In this document: positions 8,132-17,468 of the stretch, in pieces
Layout of the letters: every line of letters begins with the position of its first letter
Position numbering within the stretch: position 1 is the first letter of the stretch
Origin: an uncultured Methanomicrobiaceae archaeon
Lineage (GTDB): Archaea; Halobacteriota; Methanomicrobia; Methanomicrobiales; Methanoculleaceae
Assembly (NCBI GenBank): GCA_963826525.1
Contig: CAWGXH010000003.1
Span: forward strand, 448,001 to 512,000
DNA: 64,000 nucleotides
Direction of reading: 5' to 3'
The notes under the pieces: generated by a model
What the model was told of the DNA's origin: nothing
Seen by the model: only the letters and a program-made list of their open reading frames with translations
The model's database searches: none
Made by a program: the position numbers and the translations under genes

Positions 8132-9785
8132 TCAGAGTTCCTCCTTCGTCTCCGGATGCTCTGCGGTCACCTTTGTTGTGAACCAGAATATTGCCCAGAT
8201 CAGGACAAGGATCACCCCCCAGATGACGAAGATCTGCGGCATCGGCACCGGCGTCGGGAATTGCTGCCCTCCGGGCACGGGCACGATATTATAGAACAGC
8301 CACGGCGATCTGCCCGACTCCCGCACGTAGCCCATCACGATGATGATCCACGAACCGAGCACCCCGGCCACCGCTCCCGCCCACCGCGACGAATGGGTTA
8401 TGGAGCCCCATTCGGACTCCAGCCGCCGGCCAAGGATGAGGGCATCGATCCCCAGCATGACCAGGCCAACGCCGATCAGGATGATCAGAGCGATAAATTT
8501 CCAGTACATGAAGCCGAGCGGGTTGATGATCGCGCTGACGTCATACTTGCTCGTCACGCCTCCAAGCCATGCGGGGTTGACGAGGAAGAAGCCGACGGCT
8601 GCGATGACGACGACGAACGCCCGGAAGAGTTGTCGTATTCTGCGATTCTCGGGTCGTCTCAGCACCCGATCCCGCCGCTCAATGTAGTAGACAAGCACAA
8701 AGAGGAGGAGGAATGTGAGCAGGGCGAGCATCATCAGCATCTCCCATGCCCGGGGTCCGTGTCATGATCATGCTGAACGCCTGCGGCTGTTTGGTGAAGA
8801 TGGTGAACATGTACCAGAGGCCGAACACAGGCTGGAAGACCAGTCCGAGCAGTCCCCAGAGGATGCCATACGACCCTGCCCAATCCCAGAACCGTTTCGA
8901 AGACGAATTTTTCTGGTCGTAGAAATGGAGCATGGCAAAGAACGCGATCATGAACCCGAAGAACGAGGCGGCGGCAGCCACGCGATGGAACTGGAGCGGC
9001 CATATGGTCGCGTTGAACCACCAGTTCATGTAATTTGCAAACGGCATGCAGAAGAAGCAGCTCGTCTCGTTGAGCCAGTTGATGCTGGTCGCCCCTGCGG
9101 CAGGCGTCAGCATCCCGGCGGCGATGGTGTCGATCAGTGTCGTCTGCAGAAAAACGTCGAGCGGGTAGAATACGGCGAGGACCATCGTCCATGCCGGTTT
9201 TATCTTGCCCCAGCTGAACCAGAGGGTGTAGAGGAAGAATATCTCGGCTCCGAAGGTGATCGCCTCTATGAAGAGCGGCCACCAGTAGATGTGGAACGCG
9301 TTGACGGCGAATGTCGGGAAGAGCGAGATGAAGAAGGTCATCCCCCCGATGGCGTAGGTTGCACCCGCAGAGAAGAGGATGACGTTGAAGAGCAGGAGAG
9401 ACCGTCCGAGGTGCAGGTACCGGGTCTGGCTGCTGAGGAACCACAGGGCGATCGTGGCGAGGATCACCCAACCCCCTCCCAGGTGCAGGTTGGCGAAGAC
9501 GACGTGGGAGAGCATGACGAAGGCGATGAAGATCGACCTCCCCGAACTTCCGAGATCCGTCAGTTGAATCGGCACCTGTTCCTCGTATGCCGGGTTCGCG
9601 GCCGCCAACTCGGTTGAAAAGATCGATGTCGAAGAGGTGAGCCCTCCCTGTTGAGGTACGATGTAGACGATGAGAATGATAAGGAAGATTGCCAATGCAG
9701 CGAGAAGTCCGTAGATCTTTCTCATATCGCCCCTCGGCTCAGCATCCGGGGGGGATTGCCCTGTATCCGTATACCCGTTGGACAT
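8132..9785 (-). CDS. cydA: Cytochrome bd subunit I superfamily protein, CydA-like copy (frameshift ~8762)
   Basis: SHVVFANLHLGG, IEAITFGAE (E99/E107-like), QFHRVAAA, MGYVRESGRSPW; removing one base at ~8762 restores MIMHGPRAWEML as in the paralog. Confidence 0.85.
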
Positions 9786-9813
9786 GCTCCTCGGCGGCAG
9801 TCTACAGAGTTAT

Positions 9814-9829
9814 GTCATAAAAACCTTTC
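9814..9829 (-). promoter_or_regulatory. BRE/TATA promoter upstream of the cydA-like pair
   Basis: Minus strand GAAAGGTTTTTATGAC ~30 bp before ATG 9785. Confidence 0.55.
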
Positions 9830-10042
9830 TTCCGATCGTGCCGGGAACCTGTGCTTCTGCCGGACGGCCGGGTATTGTGGGAGAGAGATGCCGATGGGTT
9901 CATTCTGTACACGCACCGCTCTGCCTATGCCGTTCCGGTGCGTGGAACTCGTCTATCCGGGTGCCGCATGCCCCGGGCGGAACGGTGATTGAGTGGAAAA
10001 GAGAGGGTTACGGTTTCCCCTCAGCGATGTTCGTTTCGTCCA

Positions 10043-11774
10043 TCAGGCCGTCGTCGAAGTGTTACCTCCGGGAAGGCCGAATGCGACGACGTATCCGCCA
10101 GGATTCTGGGTCTGTATGCCACCTGCGGGTACCAGGAGCACTCCGTTGCCGATGGACGGCCCGCCGACGGAGGCCTGCGAACCGAGCTGGAACCGCCAGA
10201 GTTCGTTCCCGGTATCCGCATCAAGGGCGAAGATGGAACCCGTAGCCCACTTCGGAGACCAGGTCGGGCCGCCGAAGGCGCTGTACTCGTAGGGTGTGCC
10301 GACCGTCGATACGTTGCCGCTGAAGACCACACCGTTCGTCACGAGAGGCGAGCACCAGGTGGGGGTGTAGGTGTCGTACTGCCACTTGATGTTGCCGGTC
10401 GCGGCATCGAGCGCCACCACGGACCCGTTGCCGATGCCGTTCGGCATCGCATCGAATGCCGGTTTCGCACTGCCTCCGGGGCTGGGCAGCGTGGAGAAGA
10501 TCATGCCCTGGTTGCTCACGGCGGCGTAGACGGTGCCGTTGTCGTCAGCCGCAGTGTAGGCCTCGATGCCGTCACCCGGTCCCGGCCAGGTCACCGGACT
10601 GCCGTTCTGCGTCGGCGTAGAATTGTCGTTCATCGTAATGGCGAGGTTCTTCCACCAGACGATCTCGCCGGTGTCCGGATTCATCGCCGCGATGTCTCCA
10701 TGTTTATCGTGGCCGATGACGTACTTGGTCGTGCCGTTCGAGGTGTTGACGGTGACCAGGTTCGTGCCCCAGGCGGTATCCCAGTCGTGGGTGTCGGGCG
10801 TCTGCACCGGGAAGATCGTGCCGTTCGCCACGAAGGGCGTCGCCCAGAGGATCGAGCCGTTGGTGCAGTCCACTGCAATCACGTTGCTGGTGTAGTTGTT
10901 GGCGCCCGGTCGGGTTTCTGCGTTAAAGTCCGGTGCTGCGTTGCCGACCGGCAGGTAGACGACGCCTTTCTCCTCGTCCACCGCTCCTCCTGACCAGGTG
11001 GTTGCCCCGCCATTCATGGTCGTGTTATTGCCCGTGACCCACGCCCCGACAGCGGTCTCGGTCTGCCAGAGCATGGAGCCGTTCTCCTTGCTGACGCCGG
11101 TCACCGTTCCCCTTGCCGGGAACCCGAACGGCGGATCATCGCCGAGAGCGGATCCCGCGATGATGACGTCGTTGCAGATGAGCGGGGGTGCGGAGATTCT
11201 CCAGGCGCTGCCGTTCTGGAGATTCGGAGACTCCCATACCCTCTCACCGGTCTCGGCGTTCAGCGCCACGATCGTTCCGTTCGCAATGGTGGGCACATAG
11301 AGGGTGCCGTTCTCGTAGGTCATCCCGTGAGCGGTCGAGACCCGCGGAAGACTGGCTCCGGCAACGAGCGTGACGTTCGTGTCGTAGAACCACTTCACCG
11401 TACCGGTGTTGAGGTCGAAAGCGATCACCTGGGCTCCGTTGTTCTCGACATACCCGGTATCGCCGACGATCAACGGCGGCGCTTCTACGGTATACTCGGT
11501 GTTCAGGATCCACTTCACCTGCAGCTGATCGACGTTATCTCTTCCGATCGCTGTCTGCGGGCTATACCGCGACATAGCATTGTCATAATTGGTCATCGGC
11601 CAGTCTTCGGGCGTCACCGTATAGGCGCTGCCCGCACTGCTGGTCGCATTGGTCGTTACGCTGGTGGTCTGGTTCATGTGGTTGGGTCTGATTCTCCTGG
11701 GCACACGCGCCGATCGGGAGCAGAACCGCCATCACCAGGGCAACGATCAATACGCCTTTCCAAATATCTTTCAT
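10043..11774 (-). CDS. Secreted PQQ-dependent dehydrogenase-like beta-propeller protein (frameshift ~11690)
   Basis: Signal peptide MKDIWKGVLIVALVMAVLLPIGACA in ORF 11583..11774; DWPMTNYD..SRYSP...NV..L..KW, repeated A.D..TG...W blades, GG..W...AVD.....VY...GN..P....RPGANNY, HDWD. Confidence 0.85.
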
Positions 11775-12122
11775 GTGTGCATCTCCTGGCCCAGGGATGC
11801 GCGAATCGCTTGTCGTGTCCGGCGTGCCGAATGTACCTGGGTCTCGTGTAATAGGGTGTAATGTGATCGTACCGCTCCATCCGCAGGGTCAAGCCCTTTC
11901 CTGCACAACGGAATATCTAGATTTCTCTGTATGGAAGATAGCGCGAAATTATCTGATCAATTGCATAAAAATCGGGTGTCCTGGCATTCCGGTAAACGAC
12001 GAAATTTCCGGAGATTATTCAAAAGCATCCCTTCTCGACCGGCTTCGTTGTGACCCCCGGTCAGCGGTGAATCGCCGGTTTCCCTGCACATCAGGCGGGG
12101 CGGGTCACTGTGCAGGACGGTT

Positions 12123-12134
12123 GAAAAAGAAAAA
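12123..12134 (-). terminator. Oligo-T archaeal terminator candidate
   Basis: TTTTTCTTTTT on the minus strand just after the stop at 12141. Confidence 0.45.
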
Positions 12135-12140
12135 TTCGAG

Positions 12141-13193
12141 TTACGAATACCCGGGGGAATTCGGGGGGACGACGTACCAGAGGCCGCCGAACTGGTTCAG
12201 CCCCTGGCCTGAGGTCTGGCCCGGCGACGTATCCGCGGCATAGTAATACAGGGGCATTCCTTTGTATGCGGTCTGCTTCGACCCGTCACTCCTGGTAAAC
12301 GAGGTGAAGTCGGAGGCTTTCAGGTCGGACGGGACAGATATCGACGAGGCATAGAAGACCGGCCACACCCCGGTACATCCTCCGCTGCAGGAACTCTTAT
12401 CCCTGGAGTCGGTCGTGAAATTGTACAGCGTCCTTCCTTTCCCATCGACCAGGAATGTTCCCAGCTGGCTGGTCGAGCTGGTCTTCACGGTATACGACGT
12501 GGATGAAGACGTCCCCGTCGGGGTCGGGGTAGCCGTTGTGGCTGTGGTTGTTGCCGTCGCGGTCGGAGTGGGTGCGGCAGTCGTCGCCGTGGTGTTCGCT
12601 GCGGTCGTGGCCGTCGTGGTCGGGGTAGTTGTTGTTGCCGTAGTATTCGTTGCAGCCGGGGTAGCCGTGGTTACGTTTGCTGCTGTCGTGGTCGGGGTGG
12701 TCGTCGCCGTGGTCGCCGTGGTTGTGGGTGTAGCAGTTGCGGTTGCGGTGGCCGTCGTCGCCGCCGACTGCACGAAGACCTCAACCGAATCGGCGACGGA
12801 GGGGTTCAAGGGTGTGTTATCGTTATTGACCAGTTGGACTGCGAATACGTGGGTGCCCGGCTGGACATTCTCCCAGGTGTATGAGGTATCCGCCGTGGGG
12901 GGAGCGGTCCCTTCTCTCGTGATGGCAGGGCTGCCCGGCTCGATCGGGATCGAAGAGACGTCCATGTAATACAGAAGGTGCCCCTCGCCCGGGACGTTCG
13001 CCTGCCCGGTCTTGTTCACCAGCGTGATCTGGCCGACATCGACGGTCACCTGGACGCTGCCGGTAGGGATCTGCGCTCCGCTCTGAGGCGAGGTGATCGT
13101 CACCATCGGCTGTGCCGTCGATACACAGGCGGCGAGGATGGTGGCAATCGCCAGAATGAGAAAAGACAGGGCTATTACATGAAACCGGTTCAT
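12141..13193 (-). CDS. Lipoprotein: Ig-like domain + Thr/Ala linker + Lipoprotein_15 (Yx4D secreted repeat) domain
   Basis: Lipobox LAAC; C-terminal LVDGKGRTLYNFTTD..CSGGC..WP...RSDGSKQTAYKGMPLYYYAAD..PG...GQG....WYV. Confidence 0.85.
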   Translation of the reverse strand: MNRFHVIALSFLILAIATILAACVSTAQPMVTITSPQSGAQIPTGSVQVTVDVGQITLVNKTGQANVPGEGHLLYYMDVSSIPIEPGSPAITREGTAPPTADTSYTWENVQPGTHVFAVQLVNNDNTPLNPSVADSVEVFVQSAATTATATATATPTTTATTATTTPTTTAANVTTATPAATNTTATTTTPTTTATTAANTTATTAAPTPTATATTTATTATPTPTGTSSSTSYTVKTSSTSQLGTFLVDGKGRTLYNFTTDSRDKSSCSGGCTGVWPVFYASSISVPSDLKASDFTSFTRSDGSKQTAYKGMPLYYYAADTSPGQTSGQGLNQFGGLWYVVPPNSPGYS

Positions 13194-13231
13194 GAGCGGA
13201 TAGTCCCGGAGATCTGATACAAAAATGTTTC

Positions 13232-14910
13232 TCACGGCGAAGCCCGGCACCCTGCCATGGTAACGGCGTACCCCTGGCCTGGAAGGGATCGTTCTCCGGC
13301 GTCCCCTGCAACGACCTGGGTCTTCCCGTCTCTGCCGGTAACGGGAGGTTTTCACCCCCGATCCGGAGCGCAATGATCGAAGGAGTGCCGTTCGAACCGA
13401 ATCCTCCTCCGGCGGGCCAGATTATGGTATCGTTGACGACGGCAGGCCATGCAGTGATGCGGTCCGGCGCAGTATAATTCCAGACGGCCTCGCCGGTCGT
13501 GCGGTTCAACGCGTATAAATTCCCGTCAAAGGTACCGGTAAAGACCAGATCGTTGACGACCGTGGCTCCTCCGACATCGACGGTGGGAAAGGTGCGTTCC
13601 CAGACGATCTTGCCGGTGTCGACCTCAATCGCAACCAGACTTCCATTGCCTTCCTGATAGGGTGGGATGTAGGGGGTTACGTTCCCTGCGAAGTACGCAT
13701 CGGACGACCAGTTCACGTAGAGGTTGTTGTATGCGGCAAACACGACCCCGTCGCTGTACGCCATGGGGGTTTCAACACCGCCCAGCGTACCCGGATAGAC
13801 CGTTGTGCGTCCGGGGGGAAGGGCTGCCAGCTGGTCGTTCTGATGCCTGCCGACGACTGTTTCCCAGAGGATGAAGCCGTTCGTCCGGTTAAATGCGTAG
13901 ACCCGCCCCATTTTGCCCGCCCCGATCACAATGTCCTGATCGAGGCCGCTGATGTTTGCGGAGGTCAGTATCGGGGGAATCTGGAAATCATAGTCGAAGA
14001 GGCCGTGCGGGACGACTTGCGTGTACCAGAATCATGCTGCCGGTCGAGTGGTTCAGAGCGAGAAGGCAGTTCGTATAGAGATTCGGGCCCGGCCGGCTCG
14101 CCCCGTTCGGGTAATCCTCGGTGCCGACGAAGGGTGCGGGGTTCCCGGTACCCAGAACATGATGCCGGTAGCCGGATCGATGGACGGGGTATACCAGCAT
14201 CCGCCGCCGCTATTGATCTCAGGGTGCCCCCAGAGATCGGGCGAGTCCACGGTGCTGATGTTCCAGACAACCTCCCCGGTCTCCTGATCCAGGGCGGTGA
14301 TCATCCCGATGCCGCCGGGGGCATAATCTATGTCCCCGATACCCGGTACGGTCGATGCGTACACCAGGCCGTCATAGACGGCGGGCTGAATATCGATCCC
14401 CGTGGTCGCCACGTTCGAGAGCCTCGTAGACCAGATCTCCGAACCGGTGGTGGCGTTCACGGCAGTCATCGTATACACGCCTCCGGCAAAGAATACCTTT
14501 CCCCATCCGACGGCAGGACCGTTTGGCCCGAGCACAAGTTCGGACGTGGGTTCAGAGCGCCATCGCACTGCACCGGTCCGCAGGTCGATAGCAGAGACGT
14601 TGGCTCTTCCGTCCTGGAAATAGACCGTATCACCCATGATAATAGGATTGCTCTGGGCGCCGCCGAACGGATTGGTGCCCGTGATGTTCCGCGACCAGGC
14701 GAGCTTGAGATCCGTGACCGTTGTGGAGTTGATGGGAGAATGCATGGTAGCCCGGGTATTGTTGTAATCAAAGTTCGGCAGCGGCCAATCATTGGCGTAC
14801 GTGACCACCTCCGGAGGAATGGCCGGGTTTGCGGGCTCCGCAGCAAGCGCCGGAGAGGCAATGAGCCAGAGGCTCAGGATAACCACGCAAAAAGCGATCT
14901 TCCGATGCAT
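13232..14910 (-). CDS. Second secreted PQQ-dependent dehydrogenase-like beta-propeller (frameshifts ~14145, ~14030; 3' end approximate)
   Basis: Stitched from ORFs 14053..15078, 13988..14200 and 12823..13929: signal peptide MHRKIAF..ALA, NDWPLPNFDY.NTR, GGGCW..PSID, GTGNPAP...SRPGPNLYTN, QVVPHGLFDYDFQ, GAGKMGRVYAFNR, GGVETPMA. Confidence 0.8.
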
Positions 14911-15274
14911 AATGGGGACAGCATCCGAAACCGGATAGATAAGCATTCCCCCTGCTCCCCGGACGGTGTGCCGGGTACTCACCGAGGTCATCCCGAAATT
15001 CCCGTGCCGGGAGGGGGCACCTCCTCCCGGACTCACGCATCCTGCTGCAATAGTCGGCAGTGCGGCGGAGAGAAGCACGACAGAGAGGAGAATCCTTCAG
15101 TGTGCCGCAGATTCGGTAGGTTCCGTCGTATGTTTCGCCAGGGCGGGCTGTCCGCGGATCGTCGGCCGGTCATTGATGCGAGGCAGAGTCCTGTCGTCGG
15201 GAAGGCTCGACATCCTGATTGCGGAAAAAAAAGACGGGATCTGTCCGGGAACCCTGCATGCCGAGCCTGCCCGG

Positions 15275-16062
15275 TCACGATCCCGGCGTCACCGTGGGCG
15301 TGACGATATACGTGACGTTCCCGGGCCCCACCGATCACCTCTCCCGTCACGGTCGCGAGCGGGGTAATGGTCGGCAGCGGCGTAATCGTTCCGAGAGTGA
15401 GTATGGGGCCGGAGGCCGTTGTCGGCGGTACGGTTGCTCCCGGTCCCACGGCAATCAGCTCCGCAATACCCACTGCGGGCGGATCGAGCGGGGTAGTATT
15501 CGTCAGGACCAACTGTGCGGAGAAGTTGTGAATACCAGGTGTCAGATTATGCCAGGTATACGTGACATTCGTTGAGATTGCCGTAGAACCCGTCGCACCT
15601 TCGGGGAGGACGTCCGCCTTCGTATCCAGGGCGGTCTGCGGTGCGGCGTCGAGGTAGTAGACGATACGTCCCTGATCGTACGTGCTTGAGATGTTTTCAT
15701 ACGTCGATGTCAGGCTAAAGTTCTCCACGAGGACCTCAATGGTCACATCCGTCGAGGGGACTGCACTATCATACTGCGGCGATAGTATCGTGATCTTCGG
15801 GTTGCCGCTGCCTGGTACTACTCCCGGCGTCATGCCCGCTGCAGGCCCTGCAGGCTGCGTGGTCTCTGCCGGCGCCGTCGTGGTTACGTTTGCTGCTGCC
15901 GTGGTCGCGGGAGGTGTGGGTGTCGCGGTTGGGGTGACGGTGCCGTGGCGTTTCCTGATGGGCTCGTGCATCCCGCTCCGAGACAGAAGGCCCCGAGAAT
16001 GAATATGATTGCCAATATCCCGGCTTTTTTATACCTGGTGGCGAATGATGCCCTCGTGCCAT
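15275..16062 (-). CDS. Lipoprotein with Thr-rich linker and an Ig-like domain paralogous to the N-domain of 12141..13193 (several frameshifts)
   Basis: Reframed N-terminus ...AGILAIIFILGAFCLGAGCTSPSGNAT; PKITILSPQ...YYLD...YTWHNLTPGIHNFSAQLV....PLDP aligns with PMVTITSPQ...YYMD...YTWENVQPGTHVFAVQLV....PLNP. Confidence 0.7.
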
Positions 16063-16287
16063 ATATGCTTTCCCGTCATCTACGGTCGACCGCCCCGTGA
16101 ATCGATCCGCACAACCGTGCTGTCGGCACTCCTCCGCAATTCAGGTGCGGATGGTTTCACGAGAACGAAAGAGATCTCGACTTTCGGATGACCGGGCACT
16201 CTCCGAAGGGTATACCGGTGCCGGCCGAATACGATCGGCGGATCAAAAGAAGGTCGGGGTGGTTCCCCCGTCCCCGGCGACCCTGGC

Positions 16288-16738
16288 TCAGGTTACGATG
16301 AACTGTCCGGTCATGATTCCCGGGTGGACGTCGCACCGGAAGAAGTAGGTGCCGGGCTGGCTGGGTGCGGTGAAGGTGTAGGTCGTGGTTGCAGGACCGG
16401 TGATGATCTCGCCTTTGAAGATGGCGTTCTGGGCGGCAGAAGTGTCGTAGACCGCGAAGTTGTGCTGGATGCCGGAGTCCTCGTTGGTGAAGTCCACCGT
16501 CACGTTTGCCCCTGCGGGTACCGTGATCGTGCTCGTGTTATATGCGATGTCCTTTGCGATCAGCCCGATGGTCACGCTCTGCCCGCCTCCGGTGGCTGTT
16601 GTGGTGGTCGGGGTTGTGGTGGTCGGGGTTGCCGTTGTCGGCGTGGTCTGGTTTCCTCCGGAGGAGGAAGTTACAGCCGGCGATCAGGACGACTGCCACA
16701 ACCGCGAGGAGTATCATAATTCGATATGGTGACGCCAT
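16288..16738 (-). CDS. Cupredoxin lipoprotein (plastocyanin/halocyanin-like; frameshift ~16670)
   Basis: MASPYRIMILLAVVAVVLIAGC lipobox, Thr-rich tether, QHNF...FRCDVHPGIMTG; domain nearly identical to that in 4472..5413. Confidence 0.88.
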
Positions 16739-16991
16739 GGGCGAAGACGGGACGTTGTGCATAATAAATGTTGCGCCTACCCGTGACGGATGCTCATGGC
16801 GCTTGAGGATAAAGGTCTCCGGGAAAAGTGTGCCGTGCGTCGGACACTTCCTCCTCGTGCCGGTTCGTTCGTTTCCTGCGGCCTCGCCGGATCGCCGGCT
16901 TCTGCCGGCACCAGGTGAGCGGGTCGACCGGTTTTCCGATCGGTGCCGGTTGAGGGCAGGAGTTAAATACAAGCCGATGGCAATGGCGACC

Positions 16992-17354
16992 ATGGCACGG
17001 TTAACCTCACTGGAGGGTCTGAGTACGGAAGCGAAGATCGGTAAGGTCGTGGTGCTGATCTCGATCATCCTGAGCATTATCGCGATCATTCTCATCCTCT
17101 TCATCGGGACATTTGCTCTCGACATGCTGCGTGCTATCCCCGGCATATGGGTGACCGGGATCTTTATCGTGGCGCTGATAAAGGTGATCGCGGTCGCACT
17201 CGGGGTCCTCTCACTGCAGATGACGACCGAGAATAGGTGGAAGCGGGCAGGAGTCTACGCCCTCATCGCCAGTGTCGTGCCGCCGCTCGACCTGCTCATG
17301 CTGCTCGGCGGAATCTTCTTCCTCACCAGCCCCGAAGCCCGTTCTCAATCCTGA
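16992..17354 (+). CDS. Hypothetical 3-4 TM membrane protein
   Basis: Hydrophobic C-terminal part of ORF 16542..17354; TTAAATA box ~25 bp upstream. Confidence 0.65.
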   Translation: MARLTSLEGLSTEAKIGKVVVLISIILSIIAIILILFIGTFALDMLRAIPGIWVTGIFIVALIKVIAVALGVLSLQMTTENRWKRAGVYALIASVVPPLDLLMLLGGIFFLTSPEARSQS

Positions 17355-17468
17355 CCGGATGCAGGCATGGCGGGAGCAGGGATCCGGTCATGCGGGCCGC
17401 CGGCCGGATCTTTTTCTTTCCTGATGGACGGATGACGCGGTGAAAGGCGGGAAAACCCGCAGTCCCGG

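Noticed and set aside
8740-8770. Programmed ribosomal frameshifting at this and the other split points
   Set aside because: No consistent slippery heptamer or structure; the indels are scattered across unrelated genes.
9045-9062. CFFCM in the CydA-like protein as a c-type heme site
   Set aside because: It is CxxCM, not CxxCH, is absent from the paralog, and no ccm genes are visible.
12510-12770. Low-complexity repeats as a DNA-level repeat element
   Set aside because: Explained by Thr/Ala/Pro codons of the lipoprotein tether.
12415-12969. Val/Ala-rich + strand ORF (also 63016..63585 and 62657..63427 on -)
   Set aside because: These are antisense shadows of Thr/Pro-rich linkers in real genes.
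10043-14910. Propellers as BamB-like or purely structural S-layer repeats
   Set aside because: They retain dehydrogenase-specific segments (DW...RYSP/NTR, GN.xP, RPGxN.Y, DxD); not fully excluded without assays.
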